Positions 23,122 to 33,593 are shown, counted from the stretch's first letter. The stretch is DNA of 40,654 nucleotides from Patescibacteria group bacterium (GCA_022563755.1 JADFMT010000003.1:1-40654); one strand, 5' to 3'. A program made the numbers and translations. The notes: a model not told the origin generated them from the sequence alone.

Positions 23122-25014
23122 CTAAGGAATTTCTTGCCATTCCTGGATCTTCCATCCTCCAGAAGGACCAGAAGAAAAGCGGGAATTAATTAATCCTTCC
23201 TCATAGGTAACAGTGGCAGTATTATCAAGACGAAGCGCATAAGCAGTCACCTCGGTAACATTAACTCCGTTATGAATATAAATCAGGGAGTCGCCCGCAT
23301 AAAATATTGCCCCTGTTGCATTGTTATGAAGATCTATAGCGCTATTATGATGAGTACATTCTGAACGCTGAGTTCCTCCAAGACATGTATCAAGTGTGCT
23401 CAACATCATAAGATAACTTCCTTCCTCACCAGAACCATGAAACATTGTGTTATTTTGAAGATGTACCCAGCTATCTGTTAGAATAATGCAGCTCTTGTCT
23501 TCAAAAGAAGCATCGCACTTAACCGTGACACCACCCGCACTATCCATATCAATGTACCCGGTAAAATAGAGCACGCCCGTAACAATTAATGTCTGCTTTT
23601 TTGTCAAAACTAAGTTGCCGTTTATTCTTTTCGGACCTAGAGAAAGCGTTCCATCATCATCAATGACACATTCAGGAACGCCATCATCGCCGCAATTACC
23701 ATTTATGATTCCGCCTAGCTCGGCATCATTTTTCCAATCCTGTATATTACCTTCGGAGATCGGCATATTTTGAATCGACGAATCGGATTGATCAGGGAAA
23801 GCGGTGCCCGGCGTCAAAGGAGAAGAACACGTGGGGCTCGAAGGACTATTTACGAAACTTAAAGAGCTCGCATCAATGGTTTGATAATATGCATCACCAC
23901 ATATTTCACTATTCGTGATCGTGTTTGCGCGTGCATCTCCATGGATGACAACGCCATCCATCAAACTAACGCCGGTGCCTAAGAACGTCTTAAAGGTTAA
24001 ATCTCCCACGATTTGAGTCCAAGGATCATCGTCCCAATCTTCACTGTACTTACCAACGCCATTACCATATCCTTGATTACTGTCTTTGCACCATATCCAA
24101 TACTTATTAGCATTTTGTTTTCCGTCCACAACAATCCAATACGTTACACCGCTGGTAACCGTAGTTGGATCAGAAAACACTACATCAATCCAAGCATAAT
24201 CAGAACCCACTGAACTTTCTGCTAAAATCGCATTTGCAAGATCACTCCCTGCAGGCGAGCCACCACTATCAGCCGTTATTCGCACTCGGGCATTCGATGG
24301 ATTACCTACTTTCTTAATATAAAGGCTCACTTTGGCAAGAGGTTGTGTATCCGATGGTTGAAAACTCTGGGCAAAATCAATCTCTGGATTGACCTGTCCT
24401 ACAATTTGAGCCTGATTACAAACAGTTGAGCGGGCTTGATTATCTTCGGCAATCCCCGTAGCTACCGTGGCATCACCCGTAATCGTAGCGCCAGATCCGC
24501 CTGTAATAGGACCATTGGAATAAATATTGCCAGCTGTACCTCCTGCGCCTTCAATCCTGCTATTATTTCCCATAGCAACGCCTCCTTCGCCAACTTGAGC
24601 TCCGTAAAAGAAAGAAATGCCGGTCCATTCTACAAGCAAAGTTCTTACATTGCGCCTTGCATCAACCTGGAGGCCCTCAACTTCAATATCCCGTGTGTCT
24701 GTTGTCTCGCTTACCGTCGTGGTTGCTACTAACGTTCCTTCTTGGTAGACAACTTCTGACGGCATATTTTTGCCGGATTTTATGCGGTAAATTGCGTCCT
24801 CAAGAGCTCCTTCTGCAAAAATATAGCTTTGTTTGGACTTCTCTAATATCTTTGCGCTTCGTAACTCTATTGCGGCAAAGCCGCTAAACCCTCCTACCAG
24901 GGCCAGAGAAATAAACAAAAAGAAAAGAACCGTAATTAATGCCGCCTGCCCTTTCTGAGCTTGTAGCTTGTAGCTTGTAGCTTGTAGCAACTTTTTATTT
25001 TTAAATATGTTCAT
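23122..25014 (-). CDS. PilX-like minor pilin with large C-terminal extracellular domain
   Basis: QKG|QAALITVLF prepilin-like site, AEGALEDAI-R, C-terminal W-EI; Cys- and Gly-rich beta domain. Confidence 0.8.
   Translation of the reverse strand: MNIFKNKKLLQATSYKLQAQKGQAALITVLFFLFISLALVGGFSGFAAIELRSAKILEKSKQSYIFAEGALEDAIYRIKSGKNMPSEVVYQEGTLVATTTVSETTDTRDIEVEGLQVDARRNVRTLLVEWTGISFFYGAQVGEGGVAMGNNSRIEGAGGTAGNIYSNGPITGGSGATITGDATVATGIAEDNQARSTVCNQAQIVGQVNPEIDFAQSFQPSDTQPLAKVSLYIKKVGNPSNARVRITADSGGSPAGSDLANAILAESSVGSDYAWIDVVFSDPTTVTSGVTYWIVVDGKQNANKYWIWCKDSNQGYGNGVGKYSEDWDDDPWTQIVGDLTFKTFLGTGVSLMDGVVIHGDARANTITNSEICGDAYYQTIDASSLSFVNSPSSPTCSSPLTPGTAFPDQSDSSIQNMPISEGNIQDWKNDAELGGIINGNCGDDGVPECVIDDDGTLSLGPKRINGNLVLTKKQTLIVTGVLYFTGYIDMDSAGGVTVKCDASFEDKSCIILTDSWVHLQNNTMFHGSGEEGSYLMMLSTLDTCLGGTQRSECTHHNSAIDLHNNATGAIFYAGDSLIYIHNGVNVTEVTAYALRLDNTATVTYEEGLINSRFSSGPSGGWKIQEWQEIP
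24958..24988. repeat. Perfect heptamer tandem repeat (AGCTTGT)x4.4
   Basis: AGCTTGTAGCTTGTAGCTTGTAGCTTGTAGC inside the leader-peptide codons of the PilX-like gene. Confidence 0.9.
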
Positions 25015-25041
25015 TATTTTCTAATAAGCTAAAAAGCTAGA

Positions 25042-25566
25042 TCAATAGCTTCCCCGTAAAATTACTGTATTAAAAAATGATCGGCTGACTTGGTTTGAAC
25101 CCTTGCCCACCTCAAGGGTTAAACTTATTTTTGCGACCTGGGAATGCGTGGTGATAATTTTAGAGACAATAAACGAAGTCGTTGTTGCCCGAGGTGAAAT
25201 TAAATACTCGATTGGATTCGAGTCTTCTTGTAACACCAGACGACCGCTAGAGACATAGAATTGTTTTATCACGGAAGTTGAATCAGTAGCACTTCTTACC
25301 GTATTTAAGACAAGGCGAGAAGGATTTACATTTAAAATACTAGAGCCATCATTGATGCTTGAGGCAAGACGTATTTCACGCGTGATGCGTTCAAATGCGG
25401 TCTCGCCATCAAGCGTAACCCTTCGCAGAATACTTGCTTTTGTAAAGGCCGAGAACATGATTAGAATCGTATTGATCACTAATACGGAAAGCACTGCAAG
25501 GATCGCAACATAAATGACCGTCTCAATTAAACTGAATCCTTTATGAAAACGAATTCTATCTTTCAT
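25042..25566 (-). CDS. Prepilin-type minor pilin (PilW-like)
   Basis: KG|FSLIE site, hydrophobic helix, ERITREIR-A. Confidence 0.88.
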   Translation of the reverse strand: MKDRIRFHKGFSLIETVIYVAILAVLSVLVINTILIMFSAFTKASILRRVTLDGETAFERITREIRLASSINDGSSILNVNPSRLVLNTVRSATDSTSVIKQFYVSSGRLVLQEDSNPIEYLISPRATTTSFIVSKIITTHSQVAKISLTLEVGKGSNQVSRSFFNTVILRGSY

Positions 25567-26045
25567 TATTCAAGAAAAATATTTGTTATATAACTTACCG
25601 CGCTCATGGTACGTTCGTCTCCTCGCTCTTCCCACGTAACTTCTATCTCCATTCTTCTGGTATCAGGGTCACTCGTACCGCTAGATGCGATATTATCAGA
25701 AGTATCACGAAATACTTCGCGTAGGATAAACGTACGGGTAAAGATGCCATCGATCAGTTGCGACGAAATCGTTGCGCTCCACGTTCCCTCTGAAAAAATA
25801 AGGTGATAAGACATGTCTAGGGTTAAAGAAGAAATATTTGCCCATCCATCATCCCGCATCGTCTTTATGGACTCAAATCCTTCTTCAAGTAAAAATCCTC
25901 CGCGCTGACGATCCGATGACTCCAAAACGGCGCGAAAGGCAATGCGGCTGACGGTTGCGAATGCAAAAAGAGAGACTGAGATCAATGTAATAGAAATGAT
26001 GATCTCTATTAACCCGAAACCTCTGGTATGCCCTCTATTGTACAT
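25566..26045 (-). CDS. Prepilin-type minor pilin (PilV-like)
   Basis: RG|FGLIE site; EG-E..K; FTR..; V-W. Confidence 0.88.
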   Translation of the reverse strand: MYNRGHTRGFGLIEIIISITLISVSLFAFATVSRIAFRAVLESSDRQRGGFLLEEGFESIKTMRDDGWANISSLTLDMSYHLIFSEGTWSATISSQLIDGIFTRTFILREVFRDTSDNIASSGTSDPDTRRMEIEVTWEERGDERTMSAVSYITNIFLE

Positions 26046-26481
26046 AAATCAAACCGCTGGAGTTAATAATGATGGTTTTGGACTCTGAAGGATCGGCTTT
26101 AAGCCGCACGGATACGTCCCCGGACGGATTTGCGTCCCCCGTTAAGCGCTCAAAGACAACATCACTGCCAAGAATATTGATTGCAAATATCTCTACCCTA
26201 TTGGAAAGTATCAGCGTTTTATTATTTGGGGCACCCATCGTAAACGTCGCTCCTTTAAATAATACGCTGTTGGATGTTTCAAAATGAACTCCGAATTGCG
26301 AATCGCCCTCAGAAGAAAGTGTGCGCGACCGTGCTTCACGAACGAGTGTAAAAATTTCATCTACTGCACGATCAAGCTCGCGCGCATCGCGAAACGTTGC
26401 AAAGGCTCCAATAACGATGGCTGAAAGAATAATTAAAACCGCAATGGAGAGAAGTACTTCGAGCGTCGTAAATCCTCTCAT
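26035..26481 (-). CDS. Prepilin-type minor pilin (FimT/GspH-like)
   Basis: RG|FTTLE site; AR..TL; F...G; I-INSSG. Confidence 0.88.
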   Translation of the reverse strand: MRGFTTLEVLLSIAVLIILSAIVIGAFATFRDARELDRAVDEIFTLVREARSRTLSSEGDSQFGVHFETSNSVLFKGATFTMGAPNNKTLILSNRVEIFAINILGSDVVFERLTGDANPSGDVSVRLKADPSESKTIIINSSGLIYVQ

Positions 26482-26487
26482 GTCTCT

Positions 26488-26862
26488 CTAAATAATCTCT
26501 CCTAAAACTTTTTTTATCTTTTTAGTAATATCCTTCAAGTCAAATTGAGCTTTTATCAAAAAATCTTTTGCGCCGAGCGCCTTGGCTCGTTCCACCTCAT
26601 CACGCAGTCCCAGGTTTGAGAGTACGACGACCGGTATGGACGCGAGCGCTTTATCGTCTTTTATTTTTTTTAGAAATTCATACCCATCCATGCCGGGTAA
26701 AATAAGATCAAGAATAATCAGTTCGGGTTTTGATTTCTGAATTTCTTTGAATGCTTTCTCCGCGTCTGGCGCAAAGGAAACTTCGAGTCCTTCTTTTTTT
26801 AGATGATTGACCAGAAGGTCGGCCAAAAATGTATCATCTTCAATAATAAGAATTTTTGCCAT
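26488..26862 (-). CDS. Single-domain response regulator
   Basis: ILIIEDD, LIILDLILPGMDG, LSN, FLIK. Confidence 0.93.
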   Translation of the reverse strand: MAKILIIEDDTFLADLLVNHLKKEGLEVSFAPDAEKAFKEIQKSKPELIILDLILPGMDGYEFLKKIKDDKALASIPVVVLSNLGLRDEVERAKALGAKDFLIKAQFDLKDITKKIKKVLGEII

Positions 26863-26902
26863 ATGGGTCTATTCTACAATTATAAAATAAATCTTACCAT
26901 CT

Positions 26903-28117
26903 CTATAATCCCCCGACAACGGAATAGAGAGGCTGGATCATGGAGATTGCAAAAAACCCAACCGCGATTCCAATTACAATCATGAGCACCGGCTCAATAA
27001 TGGTAGAAAGCGCTTTGGTTTCATCCGCGACCTCACTCTCATAAAACGTTGCAAGCCGCAAAAGCATCTCGGACAATTTACCGGTCTCCTCACCCACTGC
27101 AATCATCTCTCCCACCAGAAGCGGATAGAGATTGCTATGACGAATAAATACCGCGGAGATGGGATTCCCTTTCTGAATCTCTTTTTTTGCCTCCTCAAGC
27201 ACTTTCTTAAAGCGGTAATTTTGGATAACGTCTCGGGTGACATCCAGTGCTTCAATAATATCAACCCCAGAGCTGATGAGCGAGGAGAGCGTGCGGCTGG
27301 TACGCGCGGAATTCATTTTTTTTATAATACCGGAGATGACCGGAAAACGCAGAAATAAATTGCCGATCATTTTTTTCCCGCTTTCTCGAGAACCTAAATA
27401 CCACAGCGCTCCAATAAAAAAGATCGCTAAAAAGAAAGCCAAAATCCCGTGATTTAAAAAGAAACTGCTGACGAAAACAATAAAGGCCGTGGTAGGAGGA
27501 AGATCAACCTCCAATTCTTCAAAAGTAACCAAAAGCGTGGGCACCACGTAAATCAGCATAATGATACCGATCATGACCATAGCGACCAGGATGACGGCAG
27601 GATAGATAAAAGCCCCTCGAACTTTGCGGCGAAGATCGTAATCTCTTTCCAATTGTTGACCAACCAGGGTAAGAGCTTCTTCTAATTTACCCGAGGCTTC
27701 TCCTGACTTTACCATCGAGCGAAACAAGGGAGAAAATACTTTTGGATGACTCTCCATTGCTTGAGTGAGCGTGCGTCCTTTGCGGATCTCTGCCCCAAGA
27801 AAAACAAGAACAGAGCTGAATTTTTTGTTCTCGGTTTGTCGCGAAAGAATATCTAAGGCTCGGATTAAAGAGACTCCTGCACCTGCCATCACGGCCAAAT
27901 TCCGCGCAAATACCATTTTCTCCTGCAAGGGAACGCGTTCAAACAAAGAAAGCAATCTCAACCCCGCGCCTTTGACTCTTTCTTTCTTATACGAAACTAA
28001 AAAATACCCTTCTTTTCGCAGCTGCCTGGCTAAATCAAACCGATCTACAGCTTCCCTGCGACTCTCAACTTCCTCTCCGCTTATCTTTTTGGCTTTATAA
28101 ATAAAGGTTGACATCAA
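26903..28117 (-). CDS. pilC: Type II secretion system F family / PilC platform protein
   Basis: F-RNLA-M--AG, GE-SG-L, GAFIYP, VGEETG-L, IEP. Confidence 0.93.
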   Translation of the reverse strand: MMSTFIYKAKKISGEEVESRREAVDRFDLARQLRKEGYFLVSYKKERVKGAGLRLLSLFERVPLQEKMVFARNLAVMAGAGVSLIRALDILSRQTENKKFSSVLVFLGAEIRKGRTLTQAMESHPKVFSPLFRSMVKSGEASGKLEEALTLVGQQLERDYDLRRKVRGAFIYPAVILVAMVMIGIIMLIYVVPTLLVTFEELEVDLPPTTAFIVFVSSFFLNHGILAFFLAIFFIGALWYLGSRESGKKMIGNLFLRFPVISGIIKKMNSARTSRTLSSLISSGVDIIEALDVTRDVIQNYRFKKVLEEAKKEIQKGNPISAVFIRHSNLYPLLVGEMIAVGEETGKLSEMLLRLATFYESEVADETKALSTIIEPVLMIVIGIAVGFFAISMIQPLYSVVGGL

Positions 28118-29865
28118 TCCCCAGTCACCCTTAAAATCTCCTCCATTGAAGTAATCCCTCGGGCCGCTTTTACCATTCCGTCTTCAAACATCGTAATCAT
28201 GCCCTCTTTACGACCCTGCTCCTGAATTTCGTCCGAGGTACTGTGTTTCACGGTCATGGATTTGATCGTCTCAGACATCTCTAGTACTTCATGGATGCCA
28301 ATCCGATCGCGGTATCCATCCGGACAGTCAGATGAACTGGAAGGTTGATAAAATTTTACGTTTTTCCAGCTTTCGCCCGCCTTAATAACCTTCTCTTTTC
28401 GCAAAACTTCAAGCAGCCGATCTGCATTTACACCTTTGCCGAGAGAGGCAAGCTCATCCGGGCCCAGGGTGTGAGATTTTTCTTTTGCGCAAAGCCGCCG
28501 GACCAAACGCTGTGCGATAATCAGATTGATGGTGGACGCAATCAGAAACGGCTCCACTTTCATCTCTAAAAGACGCGGCAGGGCACCACCGGCTGAGTTC
28601 GTATGAAGCGTGGATAAGACCAGGTGGCCGGTAAGAGCAGCATTCACCGCTAAAGAAGCGGTCTCATTGTCACGAATCTCACCAACCATAATAATGTCCG
28701 GGTCTTGACGCAGGAGTGAACGAAGACCATTGGCAAAGTTAAAGCCGATATCCGGTTTTACTTGCGACTGATTAATGCGCGCGATTCGATACTCAATCGG
28801 GTCTTCAATGGTTAAAATATTGACTCCCGTAGTATTTAACATCTCCAGAAGAGTATAAAGGGTCGTGGTTTTTCCGCAGCCGGTAGGACCCGTAGCTAAA
28901 ATCATGCCTGTCGGCCTTCGGATGGCGTGCTCAATTCGTTCCAGGCTTTCGCCGTAAAATCCGAGCTCCTCTAGAGTAAATCCTTTGACCGTTTCTGGAA
29001 GAAGACGCAGGACAGCTTTCTCTCCGTCATAGACAGGCAGAATCGAGACCCGAAACGAAATTTTCTCGCCTTCTAAATCGATCCGGAATCGGCCATCTTG
29101 AGGCAGACGGTGTTCATCAAGTTTTAGGCGTGAGAGTACTTTGATGCGCGCAATAATCCCAGGCGCAACCTGACGAGGAAGCACCATGGCATCACGAAGA
29201 ATGCCGTCAATCCGATAGCGAATCACGACTTCTTTTTCAATCGGCTCCACATGAATATCAGAGGCATGCTGAACAATGGCATGACGCAGGAGGGTCTCGA
29301 CAATCCGGATAATGGGCAGTTCCTCTGCAATTTTTTTCAAATCCTCCTCTGGAAGCGCCTCACCAGCTTCTACCGGCGAAGGCTTTATGGCGCCGGTTTC
29401 TTTTTTAATGATCTCGCCAAATTCAGCTTCTAAACTTTTTTGATACTGTCTCAGAACGCTTAAAATCGAATCTCGACTAGTCAAACGCGGCTTAATTTTC
29501 AAATTGGTTTTTTTCTTTATGAATTCAATGGCTTCTAAATCCTCGGGGTCGAGCATGGCCACCTCAAGCGAATTCCCCTCTTTGCGGTAAGCAATGATGT
29601 TGTGGTTGCGGGCGATCGGCTCAGGAATGATACTTAAAATCTCGGGGTCGATTTTCTCTGTCTCTAAATCAACAAACGGAATGCCCAAAATATACCCTTG
29701 CATGCGCCGGAAATCGTCTTCTGAAATCTTTCCTTCTTCAACTAGAACATCGCCGACGTATTTGTTGGCTGTTTGAGCTTTTTTCTCGACCGCCTCCCAA
29801 TCTTTCTCGGTGATCAAATTTGCATCCAGCAAAAAAAGCTTGAGACGCTCTGAATCTATTCTCAT
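28114..29865 (-). CDS. pilB: GspE/PilB family pilus extension ATPase
   Basis: ASDIHVEP, RLPQDGR, GPTGCGKTT, TIEDPIE, LRQDPD..GEIRD, TGHLV-STLH. Confidence 0.95.
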   Translation of the reverse strand: MRIDSERLKLFLLDANLITEKDWEAVEKKAQTANKYVGDVLVEEGKISEDDFRRMQGYILGIPFVDLETEKIDPEILSIIPEPIARNHNIIAYRKEGNSLEVAMLDPEDLEAIEFIKKKTNLKIKPRLTSRDSILSVLRQYQKSLEAEFGEIIKKETGAIKPSPVEAGEALPEEDLKKIAEELPIIRIVETLLRHAIVQHASDIHVEPIEKEVVIRYRIDGILRDAMVLPRQVAPGIIARIKVLSRLKLDEHRLPQDGRFRIDLEGEKISFRVSILPVYDGEKAVLRLLPETVKGFTLEELGFYGESLERIEHAIRRPTGMILATGPTGCGKTTTLYTLLEMLNTTGVNILTIEDPIEYRIARINQSQVKPDIGFNFANGLRSLLRQDPDIIMVGEIRDNETASLAVNAALTGHLVLSTLHTNSAGGALPRLLEMKVEPFLIASTINLIIAQRLVRRLCAKEKSHTLGPDELASLGKGVNADRLLEVLRKEKVIKAGESWKNVKFYQPSSSSDCPDGYRDRIGIHEVLEMSETIKSMTVKHSTSDEIQEQGRKEGMITMFEDGMVKAARGITSMEEILRVTGD

Positions 29866-30246
29866 TTATGGGGAGATTAAACTTTCCTTAACTTTCTCTA
29901 CCACCTCCTCCAACGAGTGATCGCTTTTTATCAGATAACACTTGGCGCCCAGCCTCATCATTTTATCAACATCCTGGCTCGACTCCAGATTCGTAAGCAC
30001 CACCACCGGAATCTGTTTTAACTCTTCCCGCTTGGATATCTCCTGCATTACTTCATGTCCGCTTTTTCGCGGAAGGATGATATCCAAAATGATCAGATCT
30101 GGTTTTTCTTCCTCGATCAGTTTAAAGCCCGCATCCCCATCAAGCGCAGATAACACCGCGTATCCCTCTTTTTCAAGTGCCTGGGAAAGCGCTTTTACGA
30201 GTGCCGCGTCGTCCTCTAAAATCAATATTTTTTTGTTATTAGGCAT
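29866..30246 (-). CDS. Single-domain response regulator
   Basis: ILILEDD, PDLIILDIILP, LTN, YLIK. Confidence 0.93.
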   Translation of the reverse strand: MPNNKKILILEDDAALVKALSQALEKEGYAVLSALDGDAGFKLIEEEKPDLIILDIILPRKSGHEVMQEISKREELKQIPVVVLTNLESSQDVDKMMRLGAKCYLIKSDHSLEEVVEKVKESLISP

Positions 30247-30297
30247 GGTTGTGATTTAAATAATTTAACATCGGTGACCTTTTTAATTTTTAATGTA

Positions 30298-31287
30298 TCA
30301 CGAGGCAAGTGGAAGAGTGAACCAAAAGGTACTTCCCTCGCCTTCTTTTGAAAGAAAATTGATTTTGCCCTCAGACGCTTCAATAAACGCTCGGGCCAAA
30401 AAAAGCCCGACCCCCAATCCCCCTCCCCGATATCGAAAAACATTGTGTGCCTTATAAAACGTACGGAAAAGTTTTTTTGCGTCTTCCTTGGGAATCCCGG
30501 AACCCTGATCCTTTATGGTCCACAAAAGATGGTTGCCTTTCTTCTGAATCGTAATTACGACCTCTCCTTTGCCAACACTGTACCTGATGGCATTATCCAT
30601 AAGATTTTCAACTACCAAGGTAATTTTTTTGGGGTCGGCAAATCCGTCCGGAAGTCCTTCGGGTGAAACCACGCGAACACCTACCTTCGAGGCCTCGGCC
30701 AGAGAGCGAAATTCCGCAACCACCTTTTCGGTTACGGCTCTTAAAGAAAAACGGCTCGGCTGGAAATCCAATTTTTGATCTTCAATTTTGCGTACTTCAA
30801 GCAGGGTATTAATTAGACGAGTCATTTTTTTGTTTTGCTCCTCAATTGCATCCAGTCCAGAGATCGTGTCTTTTGATAACGGACGCTGACCTTCCATCGC
30901 CTTCAGTAAGCCGAGATTCCACCGGATGGCGGTCAAGGGCGAGCGCAATTCGTGAGAAACAATACTTACAAATTCTGATTTTAGCTGGGATGCCTCTACA
31001 ATATTTTCAAATGAACGCACAATCGTATGGCCCACAATAAAAAGAAAGGCGGTTACCACAAGCACAATGAGTGCCGAAATTTCCGGGTCGGTAAAGCGCT
31101 GCGCAACCACATTAGTTGCAATAATTGCAACAATAATAACGAACCCCATCACCGGAAAAAGAAACTGCGGACATTGCCATAACTCTACACCAGAAGCCGC
31201 ACAGCGTTTTTTAACGTTCAAGGACTCTAAAAATCTGTCTCCTGTCATACCTTTTTTATAGCGTACCATAAATTTATTACTTGACAT
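30298..31287 (-). CDS. Sensor histidine kinase (2 TM, HisKA + HATPase)
   Basis: SHELRSPL H-box, NLMDNAIRY N-box, DQGSGI G1, GLGVGL G2, G-GSTF. Confidence 0.93.
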   Translation of the reverse strand: MSSNKFMVRYKKGMTGDRFLESLNVKKRCAASGVELWQCPQFLFPVMGFVIIVAIIATNVVAQRFTDPEISALIVLVVTAFLFIVGHTIVRSFENIVEASQLKSEFVSIVSHELRSPLTAIRWNLGLLKAMEGQRPLSKDTISGLDAIEEQNKKMTRLINTLLEVRKIEDQKLDFQPSRFSLRAVTEKVVAEFRSLAEASKVGVRVVSPEGLPDGFADPKKITLVVENLMDNAIRYSVGKGEVVITIQKKGNHLLWTIKDQGSGIPKEDAKKLFRTFYKAHNVFRYRGGGLGVGLFLARAFIEASEGKINFLSKEGEGSTFWFTLPLAS

Positions 31288-31309
31288 ATAATAGATATGA
31301 AGATAAGCT
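31281..31309 (+). promoter_or_regulatory. sigma70-type promoter for nusA
   Basis: TTGACA-N17-TAAGCT, overlapping the start of the divergent kinase gene. Confidence 0.55.
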
Positions 31310-31367
31310 GTTTATATTCTGATCTTGTCCGCCGCGCGCGGGCATTATTTATAAAAATAAGTACATT

Positions 31368-32597
31368 ATGCTATCTGACCTCAAAACCGTTCAAGCAGCA
31401 CTCGAGCAGCTCGAAGTTGAGCGCGGAATCTCAAAAGAAAAAATATTAGAGACCATTGAGATGGCACTCGCTGCTGCCTATAAAAAAGATTACGGCAAAC
31501 GCGGACAGATTGTTCGGGCTAAATTTGACTTGTCTTCCGGTAAAACTACCTTTTCTCAGATTAAAATCGTCGTGGATGACAGTATGCTCAAACCAGACGA
31601 GGAGACCCCGGATGAGGCCGAATTAGAACAAGAACAGAAGGAAACCATCCGTGAAACACAAGAAGAAAAAGAAGAAAATGAGGAAGTCCTCCAACACAAA
31701 GTCCGATTTAATTCCGAACGGCACATTATGATCGAGGAGGCTAAGAAAATAAAAAAAGGCGTGAAACCCGGAGAGGAACTTATCTTTCCGCTTGAAGCCA
31801 AGGACGACTACGGCCGCATTGCAGCACAAACGGCAAAACAAGTCATCATCCAGCGCATCCGGGAAGCTGAGCGGGAATCGGTTCATGGCGAGTTTAAAGA
31901 GAAAGAAGGGGAAGTCATATCCGGAATTGTACAGCGAATTGAGAATCGCAATGTGTTTTTAGATCTGGGCCGCACCACAGCCATTCTTCCAACTGAGGAA
32001 CAAATCCGAGGAGAACGCTACCGCATCGGCGAACGTATAAAGGCGCTTCTCTATTTAGTGGAACGCTCACAACGCGGAATCAATCTGTATTTGTCTCGCA
32101 CGCACCCGCAGTTTCTTGCCAAACTCTTTGAGCTCGAGGTTCCGGAAATCGCGGCCGCTACCGTTGAGATTAAACAGATTGCGCGCGAACCCGGAGCGCG
32201 TTCCAAAATTTCGGTTTTCTCAAACACTCCGGGCATTGATCCGGTCGGATCGTGCGTCGGGCAAAAGGGAGTTCGTGTCAGTACAATCATCTCTGAGCTG
32301 GGAAATGAAAAAATTGACATTGTAGAGTGGGATGAAAATCCTGAAGTCTTTATCATCAATGCGCTCTCACCGGCAAAGATTTTAGACGTTGAGATCAATG
32401 AAAAAAATAAAACCGCGCGAGTTATAGCCTCAGAAGACCAACTTTCCCTGGCGATCGGCCGGGGAGGACAGAATGTACGCCTCGCTGCCAAGCTCACCGG
32501 CTGGAAAATCGATATTCAATCGCGCGAAGGCGAATCGGTAGCCCGAGCTACCGAGAAAGGAAAGGTAACCGGAGAAAACATTGAGAGTAAAGAATAA
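31368..32597 (+). CDS. nusA: Transcription termination/antitermination factor NusA
   Basis: GRIAAQTAKQVI-Q, S1 domain, AREPG-RSKI, DPVGSCVG, SLAIGRGGQNVRLAAKLTGW-IDI. Confidence 0.98.
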   Translation: MLSDLKTVQAALEQLEVERGISKEKILETIEMALAAAYKKDYGKRGQIVRAKFDLSSGKTTFSQIKIVVDDSMLKPDEETPDEAELEQEQKETIRETQEEKEENEEVLQHKVRFNSERHIMIEEAKKIKKGVKPGEELIFPLEAKDDYGRIAAQTAKQVIIQRIREAERESVHGEFKEKEGEVISGIVQRIENRNVFLDLGRTTAILPTEEQIRGERYRIGERIKALLYLVERSQRGINLYLSRTHPQFLAKLFELEVPEIAAATVEIKQIAREPGARSKISVFSNTPGIDPVGSCVGQKGVRVSTIISELGNEKIDIVEWDENPEVFIINALSPAKILDVEINEKNKTARVIASEDQLSLAIGRGGQNVRLAAKLTGWKIDIQSREGESVARATEKGKVTGENIESKE

Positions 32598-32635
32598 AAT
32601 TTTACTTTTTTCCGGTTGTCCTCTAGAGTAAAATT

Positions 32636-33160
32636 ATGAATCTATGGCATGATATTTCTTCGGGGGACGGGCAATCATTAAATGTGATTATTGAGATTCC
32701 GAAATTATCGCGCGTAAAATACGAACTCGATAAAGAAACCGGACTTATAAAATTTGACCGCGTGCTTTATTCTCCAATGCATTATCCCACCAACTACGGG
32801 TTTGTGCCGCAAACTCTCTGGGAAGACGGGGATCCTTTAGATGTTCTGGTCCTTGGCTATGAACCACTTGTCCCTCAATTGTTAATTACCGTGCGGCCAA
32901 TCGGAATGCTTGAGATGATAGATAGCGGAGAGAATGACGCAAAAATCCTTGCGGTTCCGGTCAAAGATCCGCGGTTTAAAAATACCAAGGACATCAAAGA
33001 TCTTGAGCCGCATTTGTTGGATGAGATCAAACACTTCTTCTCGGTCTATAAGGAACTCGAGGGGAAAAAAGTAGAGGTAGGAGACTGGAAAGGAAAAAAA
33101 GAAGCACTTGAGGCCGTAGACAAAGCAATTAAGCTATATAAAGAAAAATTTGCTCGGTAA
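32636..33160 (+). CDS. ppa: Inorganic pyrophosphatase (family I)
   Basis: KYELDK, DRVL, YP-NYG, DGDPLDVL, D-K. Confidence 0.97.
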   Translation: MNLWHDISSGDGQSLNVIIEIPKLSRVKYELDKETGLIKFDRVLYSPMHYPTNYGFVPQTLWEDGDPLDVLVLGYEPLVPQLLITVRPIGMLEMIDSGENDAKILAVPVKDPRFKNTKDIKDLEPHLLDEIKHFFSVYKELEGKKVEVGDWKGKKEALEAVDKAIKLYKEKFAR

Positions 33161-33162
33161 AA

Positions 33163-33195
33163 AAAACGGCGATACCCCAAAGGAATCGCCGTTTT
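33163..33195. terminator. Bidirectional terminator
   Basis: AAAACGGCGAT/ATCGCCGTTTT between convergent genes. Confidence 0.75.
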
Positions 33196-33210
33196 CGGGT
33201 TTTTGGCTTT

Positions 33211-33462
33211 TTAAATTTGTTCGCGATCTCCCTCAACCGTGCCCCCGCCAAGAACTGAATTATACCAAGTCAAAAGCTCATCAAATTTCTGCTGAGCTTT
33301 TGGCCCAAGCTCTGTTTCTCTGGAGAAATTATGCATTTCTTTTTTGCCAGGACCCGCTTCTTCTAAAAATGCCTCGGATAGAGCTCGCATTTTCCCTTGA
33401 TACATTGAAATGGCTTCATCGGTTACCCCAAACAATTCAGTTACAGCATTCCATTCCTGCAT
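33211..33462 (-). CDS. Hypothetical protein
   Basis: 83-aa ORF between a TTGACA-N18-TAGAAT promoter and the bidirectional terminator; start uncertain. Confidence 0.5.
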   Translation of the reverse strand: MQEWNAVTELFGVTDEAISMYQGKMRALSEAFLEEAGPGKKEMHNFSRETELGPKAQQKFDELLTWYNSVLGGGTVEGDREQI

Positions 33463-33593
33463 TAATTTATATACATCGGCAAGTGTAGATATATTGTCTC
33501 CCTTGAAAAGTTTTGAACATTCTTGATTTCTGTGAAAAATTCTAACATGTGTACCAAAAACTTGTCAATATGCAAAAAATATGGTAGAATTAA

